In this document: positions 37,229-44,499 of the stretch, one piece after another
Layout of the letters: every line of letters begins with the position of its first letter
How positions within the stretch are numbered: position 1 is the stretch's first letter
IMG/VR virus record: IMGVR_UViG_3300037339_000563
Location: 1-55,380 of that record
DNA length: 55,380 nt
Strand: one strand, 5' to 3'
DNA from: a virus
Taxonomy: Duplodnaviria > Caudoviricetes
Program-made: the position numbers and the translations under genes
The notes under the pieces: model-generated
Seen by the model: the letters and a program-made list of their open reading frames with translations, nothing else
What the model was told of the DNA's origin: nothing
The model's database searches: none

Positions 37229-38272
37229 ATGGCGCTGGTAACCATCACGAATCTCACGGGCAATGTGGTCCTCCTCCAGGAGCTATACCGCAACGTGAAA
37301 CCGTACGAGGCGTTCACGATTACCCGCGAAGAAGACCAGCTTCACGCCATGCCCGAATTCCAGAAGTATTGGAACGACGGCGTCATTCAAGTCTCGGTGG
37401 TCAAGGACGCCGCCGAGGACAACTTCATCACCACGTTCCTGCACTCGGTGGGTCCGGCTGCGCTAACTCCTAATCCGCCGCTCAATGTCACGAAGTCAGC
37501 GGCAGCCGTCGGGGTGGAGAGCCTAGCTGCCAGGGGAGACCACAAACACGATGTCTCAACCGCCGGGGCTGTTGAGATTACCGATTCAACAAACGCCGAA
37601 GGAACCGCAACCAGCCTATCCAGGTCTGATCACCAGCACGCCCACGGCAATCGAGCCGGCGGAACCCTTCACTCCGTGGCGACCACTTCTGTGGCTGGGT
37701 TCATGTCCGCTGCGGACAAGACGATCATCAGCGGTTTGCCGACTGTCGTTGCCAACGCCGAGGCAACCAGAACCTATCACGAGTCCATCGTTCGCGCCGA
37801 ATCCGGGGCAAATGCACCAGGCCAACAACCAGACCTAGAGGTCATCAGCGACACGATCGTTGCCGAATTTACGCTCAACACCGACTCCGCCTATCGGCTG
37901 TTCAAGATCCCCGCCTACTACGTCACCGGAGCCGCCTTCCACGCTCACTGGACCAAGGAATCCGGGATCGCAGGGAACGGCAATGAATTAGGCAACTCGG
38001 TCCGATGGAGGGTTAGCTATAAGGTCTGGGCCGGCGAGGGCACGGACATCAATGTGGCGCCTACCGTTGTTGATCTGGATGACACCTACACCGATGGCGG
38101 CTCAACCACGAGAATCACGCAGCGAACCGCCAATGTGGCTGCCCCTGGTTTCATTGCAAATTACTACCTAAGCCTCAAGGTGGAAGCTGTTACCCCGGCG
38201 GGAACGGCGCTAACCTGCGAACCGGCGCTGATCAGCATCGATCTGACCTTCACCGAATACATCAATCAGTAA
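37229..38272 (+). CDS. virion structural protein (tail-fibre-like)
   Basis: ARGDHKH / SRSDHQHAH His motifs, GFMSAADK, beta-rich C-terminus. Confidence 0.65.
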   Translation: MALVTITNLTGNVVLLQELYRNVKPYEAFTITREEDQLHAMPEFQKYWNDGVIQVSVVKDAAEDNFITTFLHSVGPAALTPNPPLNVTKSAAAVGVESLAARGDHKHDVSTAGAVEITDSTNAEGTATSLSRSDHQHAHGNRAGGTLHSVATTSVAGFMSAADKTIISGLPTVVANAEATRTYHESIVRAESGANAPGQQPDLEVISDTIVAEFTLNTDSAYRLFKIPAYYVTGAAFHAHWTKESGIAGNGNELGNSVRWRVSYKVWAGEGTDINVAPTVVDLDDTYTDGGSTTRITQRTANVAAPGFIANYYLSLKVEAVTPAGTALTCEPALISIDLTFTEYINQ

Positions 38273-38274
38273 CC

Positions 38275-38290
38275 GCGCAAGCGCTTGCGC
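38275..38290. repeat. dispersed 16-bp palindrome GCGCAAGCGCTTGCGC
   Basis: exact copies at 38275, 40737, 49968; near copies at 26222, 12044, 11502, 3795. Confidence 0.8.
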
Positions 38291-38379
38291 CGCTCCTCCC
38301 GGCGGGAACTGGAGCCAATAGGAAGAGGAAATGCTTCTGATCGGGGCGCTGGATGCGGGTTCGACTCCCAAGGGCGGCA
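38289..38379 (+). ncRNA. degenerate tRNA-like element
   Basis: GCCGCTC/GGGCGGC-A acceptor stem and GGG-TTCGACT-CCC, no recognisable anticodon arm. Confidence 0.4.
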
Positions 38380-38384
38380 TTTTT

Positions 38385-38459
38385 CTGGGTGTGGTGAAGC
38401 GGTATCACGCGCCGTTCGGGACGGCGAAAACGCAGGTTCGATCCCTGTCACCCAGACCA
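38385..38459 (+). tRNA. tRNA-Pro(CGG)
   Basis: GCCG-TTCGGGA-CGGC, CCA. Confidence 0.9.
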
Positions 38460-38495
38460 TCCGTGAAGACGGAGCGAGATAAAATCTCGTAAATT

Positions 38496-38567
38496 GCGGA
38501 CGAGGTGGCTTGGTGCCACGCCAGCTTGCCAAGCTGGTTCAGGCGGGATCGTTCCCCGTCGTCCGCT
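38496..38567 (+). tRNA. tRNA-Gly(GCC)
   Basis: CCAGC-TTGCCAA-GCTGG, U73, T-loop ATCGTTC. Confidence 0.8.
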
Positions 38568-38593
38568 CGACGGCTTGTCAATTAAGCCATTAT

Positions 38594-38667
38594 GGTGTTC
38601 ATAGTGTAGCGGCTCTGCACGTCTGTTTGTGGAACAGGAAGTTCGGGTTCGACCCCCGATGGACACC
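38594..38667 (+). tRNA. tRNA-His(GTG)
   Basis: G-1:C73, CTGT-TTGTGGA-ACAG. Confidence 0.88.
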
Positions 38668-38771
38668 CAAGAAAATGCACATCTGTCCTCTGGAAATTCT
38701 CGCTGCGCTCTCGGCAATCACTGGAGTTCGATTTGCCTGGGCGTGGTTGAAGTGCAAGCTTGTTACTGTAC

Positions 38772-38844
38772 GCGGATGAGGCCGACTGGTGAGGCAGGTG
38801 CCTTCCAAGCATCTACAGGCTGGGTTCGATTCCCGCCATCCGCT
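38772..38844 (+). tRNA. tRNA-Gly(TCC)
   Basis: GGTGC-CTTCCAA-GCATC. Confidence 0.85.
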
Positions 38845-38852
38845 CCGATATT

Positions 38853-38925
38853 GCCCACGTAGCATAGTGGCGACTGCACCTCTTTCGTAAAGAGGGGATC
38901 GCGAGTTCGAGTCTCGCCGTGGGCT
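38853..38925 (+). tRNA. tRNA-Thr(CGT)
   Basis: CCTCT-TTCGTAA-AGAGG. Confidence 0.9.
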
Positions 38926-39102
38926 CTAGGTCTCGGACGACGGCTCATTGATCGAAGGGATCTCCTTCATCTTCTCCCTTGAGAGCGTCCAGGCGCGCTG
39001 GACCACCCAAGAGAGCGAGCGGTCCAGGCGGGTGGCTTCGGCCTGGACCTCCGCCAGCATGTCTTCTGGGAAGTAGAGGCTCTGCTTTCTCTTGTCGTTC
39101 AT
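38926..39102 (-). CDS. MXAN_4361/MXAN_4362-like (TIGR04563) small RHH protein
   Basis: DKRKQSLYFPEDMLAEVQAEATRLDRSLSWVVQRAW; TATGTT-6-ATG. Confidence 0.85.
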   Translation of the reverse strand: MNDKRKQSLYFPEDMLAEVQAEATRLDRSLSWVVQRAWTLSREKMKEIPSINEPSSET

Positions 39103-39123
39103 GGCAGTAACATACACAATTAT

Positions 39124-39199
39124 TCGGGAATGGTGTAATCGGCAACATCCTCGGCTTTGACCCGAGAGAGTCCAGGTTCGACCCCTGGTTCCCGAACCA
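39124..39199 (+). tRNA. tRNA-Gln(TTG)
   Basis: CTCGG-CTTTGAC-CCGAG, CCA. Confidence 0.9.
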
Positions 39200-39203
39200 A
39201 GCC

Positions 39204-39277
39204 GCCTCCAAAGCATTACGGCGATGCACCGAGCCTGTACCTCGGAGATCTCGGTTCGATCCCGGGTGGAGGCTCCA
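39204..39277 (+). tRNA. tRNA-Thr(TGT), C33
   Basis: CCGAG-CCTGTAC-CTCGG, CCA. Confidence 0.78.
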
Positions 39278-39336
39278 AGCGAACTACTAGGCTGGAACAA
39301 TGCCCGGGAGTGATCGAAAGGTCCGGTTCGCCCTAT

Positions 39337-39409
39337 TCCAGGAAAGGCCATTTGGTGAGCCGCGTAGCTGTTAACTACGTGCTGGCAGGTTCGAACCCTG
39401 CTCCTGGAG
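39337..39409 (+). tRNA. tRNA-Asn(GTT)
   Basis: CGTAG-CTGTTAA-CTACG. Confidence 0.85.
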
Positions 39410-39416
39410 CGACTTT

Positions 39417-39488
39417 GCACTCGTAGCGATTTGGTAATGCGCCGGTCTGTTAAACCGAAAGAATTGGGTTCGATCCCCAACGAGTGCG
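39417..39488 (+). tRNA. tRNA-Asn(GTT), second copy
   Basis: CGGT-CTGTTAA-ACCG. Confidence 0.8.
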
Positions 39489-39564
39489 CGACTTCGTGTC
39501 GACCTGGGCCGGTAACGTCGACTACATGGGTTCAATTCCCGTGATCGCCACGAGTCACTTTTTC

Positions 39565-39633
39565 GAGTGAGCCGAATGAGTCAGGGTTATCAAATTGGTT
39601 GAAACGCCCCTGATTCGACAAAATTGTTCACTC
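39565..39633 (+). ncRNA. Y-RNA-like element 1
   Basis: GAGTGAGCCGA...GGTTATC...TTGTTCACTC. Confidence 0.6.
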
Positions 39634-39637
39634 ATTT

Positions 39638-39713
39638 GACCCTATCCTCCAACTGGCCAGGAGAGCCGATTCTCAGTCGGTCAATCGGGGCTCGAATCCC
39701 CGTAGGGTCGCCA
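39638..39713 (+). tRNA. tRNA-Glu(CTC)
   Basis: GCCGA-TTCTCAG-TCGGT, CCA. Confidence 0.87.
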
Positions 39714-39777
39714 GGTGAGCCGGAGACTGTGGGTTATCACTTGTAATGAACCTCCCACCGTCAACAAATTGTTCACC
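39714..39777 (+). ncRNA. Y-RNA-like element 2
   Basis: GGTGAGCCGG...GGTTATC...TTGTTCACC. Confidence 0.6.
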
Positions 39778-39784
39778 ATCTTTT

Positions 39785-39854
39785 TCTGCGAGCCGTTCGA
39801 ACCTTGGTTATCACATTTAATGATCGCTCCAAGGTTCATCTTCTTGTTCGCGGA
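39785..39854 (+). ncRNA. Y-RNA-like element 3
   Basis: TCTGCGAGCCG...GGTTATC...TTGTTCGCGGA. Confidence 0.6.
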
Positions 39855-39859
39855 TTTTT

Positions 39860-39934
39860 GCACGCATAGCCAAGTGGTAAGGCACTGGTCTGCAAAACCA
39901 GGAGCGACGGGTTCAACTCCCTCTGCGTGCTCCA
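39860..39934 (+). tRNA. tRNA-Cys(GCA)
   Basis: CTGGT-CTGCAAA-ACCAG, U73, CCA. Confidence 0.9.
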
Positions 39935-39950
39935 TTGACAATTGCCTCTT

Positions 39951-40026
39951 GGCCCTATAGTACAGTGGTAAGTATCCTGGTCTTTCACACCAGAGACGCA
40001 GGGTTCAATTCCCTCTAGGGCCACCA
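39951..40026 (+). tRNA. tRNA-Glu(TTC)
   Basis: CTGGT-CTTTCAC-ACCAG, CCA. Confidence 0.87.
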
Positions 40027-40071
40027 TGACCATCCAGACTCCCATCGGAGAGATAGAGGCCTAACGATTTA

Positions 40072-40133
40072 GGTGAGCCGGAGTTCAAGGGTTATCACCA
40101 TAACAATTCCCCTTGGACAACCATTTGTTCACC
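40072..40133 (+). ncRNA. Y-RNA-like element 4
   Basis: GGTGAGCCGG...GGTTATC...TTGTTCACC. Confidence 0.6.
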
Positions 40134-40141
40134 GTTTTTTT

Positions 40142-40204
40142 TAGCGAGCCGAAGTGGTTGGGTTACCATCAAAAACATACCCAGTCACAACTCCTTGTTC
40201 GCTA
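40142..40204 (+). ncRNA. Y-RNA-like element 5
   Basis: TAGCGAGCCGA...GGTTACC...TTGTTCGCTA. Confidence 0.6.
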
Positions 40205-40211
40205 TTTTTTT

Positions 40212-40276
40212 AGATGAGCCGGAGCTATTGGGTTACCTTGAAAATGTAACACCCAGAAGCAACCACTTGTTCATCT
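40212..40276 (+). ncRNA. Y-RNA-like element 6
   Basis: AGATGAGCCGG...GGTTACC...TTGTTCATCT. Confidence 0.6.
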
Positions 40277-40283
40277 GCTTTTT

Positions 40284-40355
40284 GCACGAGTAGTTCAGCG
40301 GAAGAATACTGCGTTGACATCGCAGAGATCGTCGGTTCGATCCCGACCTCGTGTA
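40284..40355 (+). tRNA. tRNA-Val(GAC)
   Basis: CTGCG-TTGACAT-CGCAG. Confidence 0.9.
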
Positions 40356-40360
40356 CTTTT

Positions 40361-40567
40361 GCCCCTGTGGCCAAGTGGTTAAGGCGCTTGATCAAGCATG
40401 CAGCTCATTAGTGCGGCACGAAGAGATCGATCGTCTCTTACGGCTGTACTGACCGGGCGAGTCGTACGGAGGTAGATCGCCTCCAAGTGGTCTGGATTGA
40501 TCATCCAGATTGCTGCACACGATGCATGACGAATTGAGAGACGTCGGTTCAATCCCGACCAGGTGCA
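40361..40567 (+). ncRNA. tRNA scaffold with 140-nt multibranch insert replacing the anticodon loop
   Basis: intact acceptor, D and T arms; CTTGAT/ATTGAG stem encloses nested stems and GAT-loop hairpins. Confidence 0.7.
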
Positions 40568-40577
40568 GGCAATTTCA

Positions 40578-40652
40578 GCCCACGTGGCGCAACGATAGCG
40601 CACTCCGTTGGTATCGGAGAGGTTGCGGGTTTGATTCCCGCCGTGGGCTCCA
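40578..40652 (+). tRNA. tRNA-Thr(GGT)
   Basis: CTCCG-TTGGTAT-CGGAG, CCA. Confidence 0.85.
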
Positions 40653-40931
40653 ATAGAACGCACTCAGGCTGCTCGTCGATGTGGCTGAACGGAGGAGAAA
40701 TTCCGAACAGCATCGAGCACTCCTCACGCGATAACGGCGCAAGCGCTTGCGCTGATCGGACCTAGGGTCCCGCGTACATTGAACATCCGGGGCGGCGGCC
40801 CCTCTTTTCTTCTCGGTTCTTTACCAGACGAGGGTAGATCCCGGAGCCAGCCTTAGTAGTTGGACGGGTCTGGTTGATGAAAGTCAGCGTCCGATAAGCA
40901 CTTCGGCCGTGAAGAATCGAGACCTTTTCCT

Positions 40932-41006
40932 GACTCCATAGCTCAACGGATAGAGTACTCGGCTACGAACCGAGCGATCAAAGTTCAAATCTTTGTGGAG
41001 TCACCA
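40932..41006 (+). tRNA. tRNA-Arg(ACG)
   Basis: CTCGG-CTACGAA-CCGAG, CCA. Confidence 0.92.
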
Positions 41007-41007
41007 T

Positions 41008-41079
41008 GCATCCATCGTCCAGCAGATAGGATAAATCCCTCCGAAGGATTCGACCCAGGTGCAATTCCTGGTGGATGCA
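41008..41079 (+). tRNA. tRNA-Arg(CCG)
   Basis: AATCC-CTCCGAA-GGATT. Confidence 0.82.
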
Positions 41080-41089
41080 CGAACGATAT

Positions 41090-41160
41090 AGGGCGCCCGC
41101 TGGGCGGGGATTGGTCTCCAAATCCGATCTTGCAGAGTTCAATTCTCTGGCGCCCTGCCA
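41090..41160 (+). tRNA. tRNA-Trp(CCA), short D-arm
   Basis: loop CTCCAAA, AGGGCGC/GCGCCCT-GCCA. Confidence 0.78.
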
Positions 41161-41163
41161 AAC

Positions 41164-41235
41164 CCTCCCTTAGCTCAATGGCAGAGCGGTTGGCATATAA
41201 CCGACGGGTTGGGGGTTCGAATCCTCCAGGGAGGA
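41164..41235 (+). tRNA. tRNA with TAT anticodon (Ile-UAU candidate), A33
   Basis: GTTGG-CATATAA-CCGAC. Confidence 0.65.
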
Positions 41236-41772
41236 CTAGTACTCGCCCTCGTAATAACCGTGACGACGGGCGATGAGGCGATGCCCGCGAGCGAGGGTCT
41301 TGTACTTGTCGTGCTCGCCGCCATGATGACCGGCTTCTTTTTCTGCACCAGCGCCACTGTGATGGCTGCTCATTCGCTCATGGGCGTCTGCAACATGGCT
41401 GCACACCTTGGAGGCGAGCACGTGCGCGGGTCCGCACATCCGCTTCGTGCCATGAGCGTGAGCAGAAAGCTTCTCAGCGTAGCTGCCGAGTGTTGCGAGG
41501 TCGTGGGCATCGACGACTCCAGCGTCACCCTCTCCCTTGCCGTAGCCCTTCGTAAAATGGACGCTCAAGTGGGGCAACATCTTTCGCATCTGACGACGAG
41601 AAAGGTGAGCGGGATCCATGCTCAGCAACTTGCCGACCTTGTAGGCGGCGCGGTCCATTTTGCTCAGCCTGACTGATTTATAAGAGGCGCCCGGATCTTT
41701 GTTATCCGGCTCCGGCGTCTCCTCGTTCTCGAAAAGAGCGGCGCGGCACTCGTTGATCAGCGACCTAAGCAT
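41236..41772 (-). CDS. His-rich hypothetical protein, possible internal head protein
   Basis: MLRSLINECR N-terminal motif; codon bias favours minus strand. Confidence 0.7.
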   Translation of the reverse strand: MLRSLINECRAALFENEETPEPDNKDPGASYKSVRLSKMDRAAYKVGKLLSMDPAHLSRRQMRKMLPHLSVHFTKGYGKGEGDAGVVDAHDLATLGSYAEKLSAHAHGTKRMCGPAHVLASKVCSHVADAHERMSSHHSGAGAEKEAGHHGGEHDKYKTLARGHRLIARRHGYYEGEY

Positions 41773-41867
41773 GCCCCATGAATACTACAGGTTGGGCAGA
41801 TCTGACAACCGAGCCTTCTTGACAATGACGGGCCCTGCGGGTACTTGCAGCATGTAGCAACAACTGC

Positions 41868-41939
41868 GGGCCCTTAGCTCAACAGTAGAGCGTGCGACTC
41901 ATAATCGCTTGGTCGTTGGGGCAGCACCAACAGGGCCCA
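41868..41939 (+). tRNA. tRNA-Ile2(CAT)
   Basis: GGGCCCT acceptor, GCGA-CTCATAA-TCGC; atypical T-loop. Confidence 0.78.
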
Positions 41940-42000
41940 CGAATGCGCGAAATCTTTCAGATCTATGACGTGATTGCCCGGAAGATGGAACTCGTATAAC

Positions 42001-42073
42001 GGCAGCGACCTGCGGGTCAGGACGACGGTTTCATAAGCCGTTCGATGCAAGGGCTCGAATCCCTCCGCTGCCA
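42001..42073 (+). tRNA. tRNA-Met(CAT), elongator, atypical D-arm
   Basis: ACGGT-TTCATAA-GCCGT. Confidence 0.75.
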
Positions 42074-42075
42074 CG

Positions 42076-42357
42076 ATGGCTACTAGAGAACAGATCCAGT
42101 CCTACTTCGAGGAATGCCATGGCGAAGAGGAGTTCCTCCTCGCCGACGGATTTGAGAACGCCTTCATCGGCGTCGTCTACGGCAAGATGCGCGAACCGGT
42201 CGCTTGCTACGACCGCAAGAAATGCATCTCCATCCTGATCGCCAGGGACGGCATGACCGAAGAAGACGCCGAAGAGTTCTTCAGCTTCAACGTCGACGAC
42301 GCCTGGATGGGCGAAAAGACTCCGATGTTTCTAGATACCTTTGAACCGATGGTGTAG
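42076..42357 (+). CDS. conserved phage hypothetical protein
   Basis: ADGFENAFIG...YDRKKCI...EDAEEFFSFNV..AWMGEKTP. Confidence 0.8.
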   Translation: MATREQIQSYFEECHGEEEFLLADGFENAFIGVVYGKMREPVACYDRKKCISILIARDGMTEEDAEEFFSFNVDDAWMGEKTPMFLDTFEPMV

Positions 42358-42469
42358 TGGCAGCACAATCAAAAACCCGTTTTTCAATCAATTGCTCGCG
42401 CAAGCGAGCCGGCCGAGAAATGGTTACCCATGCAAGGGATAGACGCTGGTTCGATTCCGGCTCGGTTCA
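42343..42469 (+). ncRNA. tRNA / Y-RNA chimera 1
   Basis: tRNA acceptor, D, T arms with TTGCTCGC-GCAA-GCGAGCCG...GGTTAC insert. Confidence 0.65.
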
Positions 42470-42480
42470 CGATTCGTTAT

Positions 42481-42608
42481 TGCGCGATAGTTTAGTGGCA
42501 AAACACCTAAACCCGTCTTTCGCCAAAATTGTTCGCTTCGGCGAGCCGATTGAGGGATGGTTACCGACTCATAATCGGGTGTCGCATGTTCGATTCATGC
42601 TCGCGCAA
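42481..42608 (+). ncRNA. tRNA / Y-RNA chimera 2 (retains CAT anticodon hairpin)
   Basis: TTGTTCGC-TTCG-GCGAGCCGA...GGTTA then CCGA-CTCATAA-TCGG. Confidence 0.65.
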
Positions 42609-42617
42609 CTAGTTTAT

Positions 42618-42678
42618 GCTCCCTGGATCAGACACTGGCCAGTGGCCTGCTCGATCGGCGGGTTGAAGGGGAGCACCA
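42618..42678 (+). ncRNA. acceptor-stem-capped small RNA ending ACCA
   Basis: GCTCCCT/GGGGAGC-ACCA enclosing two hairpins, one with TCGATCG loop. Confidence 0.5.
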
Positions 42679-42697
42679 TATCAGTGTAAAGTGCGAC

Positions 42698-43126
42698 ATG
42701 CACTTCAGGAGCCTGATCGAAAGCGTTCGCAGCGCAATTGGCACCAAGTGGCACAGGCCAGATCTTGATGTCGAACACGACGAGATCAAGAGAACCGCCA
42801 AGGAGCTTGGCATTCATCATGACAAGCTGAGAAAGGCCGTCGAGGCAGGACGATTGGGGAAGCTTGGTGAAAAACACTGGGCGAACATGGACAACACCGA
42901 CTCCCACGGGACGGATACGGTTCGAAAGGCGAACAAGAAGGCCAAGGAGTACGGCAGAGACATCGGATCTATACACAAGGCGCTGAAGTCAGGAACCAGC
43001 CTTCCGGCTCCGATCGTGCTCCACCGTAAAGGCGAGAAGCCTTATCTGATCGGCGGAAATACACGATTGATGGCAGCACGCGCGCACGGTCATCAGCCGC
43101 GCGTTCTCAAGGTCCATCTAAAATAA
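42698..43126 (+). CDS. ParB/Srx-like domain protein
   Basis: LPAPIVL...YLIGGNTRLMAA. Confidence 0.75.
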   Translation: MHFRSLIESVRSAIGTKWHRPDLDVEHDEIKRTAKELGIHHDKLRKAVEAGRLGKLGEKHWANMDNTDSHGTDTVRKANKKAKEYGRDIGSIHKALKSGTSLPAPIVLHRKGEKPYLIGGNTRLMAARAHGHQPRVLKVHLK

Positions 43127-43130
43127 TTCT

Positions 43131-43205
43131 CGGGGTGAAGTCGCGTTGGTGTGACACTTGGTTTGGGACCAAGACCCTAGGCAGGTTCGACTCCTGTCAC
43201 CCCGA
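43131..43205 (+). tRNA. tRNA-Pro(TGG)
   Basis: CTTGG-TTTGGGA-CCAAG. Confidence 0.85.
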
Positions 43206-43212
43206 CTGTTCT

Positions 43213-43284
43213 CCCCCGATGGCTCAATGGTTAGAGCGCACGCTTGATAAGCGTGACATGCAGATTCGATTTCTGCTCGGGGGA
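43213..43284 (+). tRNA. tRNA-Ile(GAT)
   Basis: CACGC-TTGATAA-GCGTG. Confidence 0.87.
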
Positions 43285-43290
43285 CCTCAC

Positions 43291-43420
43291 GGGTAAGTAG
43301 CTCAGTTGGTAGAGCACCGGTCAAAAACGCCGTCTTTCACCCCATGTTCGCGCAAGCGAGCCGAAGAAAAATGGTTACCAGGAACCGGGTGTCGCGAAGT
43401 TCGACTCTTCGCCTTATCCA
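43291..43420 (+). ncRNA. tRNA / Y-RNA chimera 3
   Basis: canonical D arm, CCGGT/ACCGG stem enclosing TGTTCGC-GCAA-GCGAGCCGA...GGTTACC, T arm. Confidence 0.65.
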
Positions 43421-43426
43421 CTATTC

Positions 43427-43455
43427 TTGACAATGCTGATGACGTCACTTAAGGT
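43427..43455 (+). promoter_or_regulatory. sigma70-like promoter
   Basis: TTGACA-17-TAAGGT. Confidence 0.7.
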
Positions 43456-43632
43456 GCCTTCAGCTCGGTCGTGTGCCACAAGGCTGTTTGGTGGTAGCTG
43501 TCCGTGGGCCGAGTCTAAACAAGTCATCCACAACCACCGTTTCATCGAAAGCCAAGGAATCACCAATGCGTCTCTCTATTGAAAATACAAGTAACTGCAC
43601 AAGGTTATCTGTAAATTCAACAGGAGATCCAC

Positions 43633-44466
43633 GTGAGCACCAAGGATATTTCTCGCTCTGCCCTTGAAGGGGGCAGAAACACCGGCAACAAGTGGGAGCG
43701 CAACGAATCCCACCGGCACGAGCGCAGCCGCGCGAGGGTCTGGCTGGACACCGTTCGCTTCGATGACGAGGCCGCCGATGATTCGGCTCCGGCCCCGCGC
43801 AACCCTGTCAGCAAGGGTTTCACCGACAAGCTCAACCCCTGCTACCGCTGGCTCGCCAGCCACTGCGGTCAGCCCTGGGACAACGTCTTCAGCAAGCTCG
43901 CCAGCACGTTCGACACGCGCAAGCTGAGCGCCTGGCACATCGTCAAACAGCATATGTTGACCGACGTCCAGGGGGCTGGCACCGCGCGAGATGGCTTCGC
44001 TGGCATCTTCGGCGGCTACCACCGCTTCTACATCGACGGCGATGGCCTCCTCCGGGACAACGGCAAGCGCGCCTGGCGGAACCGCAAGGTCGAGCACAAG
44101 GGCCCCTCGAAGGAGTCTGTCTTCGCCTACGCCAAGGGCCGCAAGGTGTTTGACCACCACAGTGGCTTCAGGCAGTGGGCGCTTCCCGGTCCTGGCGAGT
44201 GGCAGTCCTGCAAGGCCATCAAGGGTCGCTGCTCGATTCCCGGTCACCTGCACCGCAAGGTGGAGACGACGTCCGCCGCTCTGGTCGAGAAGTACAAGCT
44301 GTCCGGGTTCCGCACCCTGGGGGAGGGCGACTGGTGGCGCGCTTTCGCTACCGAGCACTTCGTCTCCCAGTCCTGGCGGGCCCACAAGAAGTTCACCAAA
44401 GTGGAACTCAAGTGGTGGGAGTCGATTAGCTATGATATCCGTGGCTTGCTTTACGTTCCGCGCTGA
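43633..44466 (+). CDS. basic hypothetical protein
   Basis: AGGAG RBS, strong codon bias, 277 aa. Confidence 0.8.
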   Translation: MSTKDISRSALEGGRNTGNKWERNESHRHERSRARVWLDTVRFDDEAADDSAPAPRNPVSKGFTDKLNPCYRWLASHCGQPWDNVFSKLASTFDTRKLSAWHIVKQHMLTDVQGAGTARDGFAGIFGGYHRFYIDGDGLLRDNGKRAWRNRKVEHKGPSKESVFAYAKGRKVFDHHSGFRQWALPGPGEWQSCKAIKGRCSIPGHLHRKVETTSAALVEKYKLSGFRTLGEGDWWRAFATEHFVSQSWRAHKKFTKVELKWWESISYDIRGLLYVPR

Positions 44467-44499
44467 AAATTAGACAATCAGGCGGAAGCCTGAGAATCT

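Noticed and set aside
39103-39480. N-terminal extension of ORF 38926-39480
   Set aside because: Antisense to tRNA genes; the real gene starts at 39102.
39565-40276. Repeated units as a CRISPR array
   Set aside because: Conserved blocks are short, split and covary in pairs; there is no identical repeat with unique spacers.
40361-40567. tmRNA or group I intron-containing tRNA
   Set aside because: Has a D-stem, lacks G3:U70 and a tag ORF; the 140-nt insert is short and shows no group I core by eye (not formally excluded).
40870-40890. Hammerhead ribozyme core (TTGATGAAAG)
   Set aside because: Does not match the CUGANGA...GAAA arrangement with the required three stems.
43576-44385. 269-aa minus-strand ORF
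   Set aside because: Mirror of 43633-44466, which has an RBS, an upstream promoter and matching codon bias.
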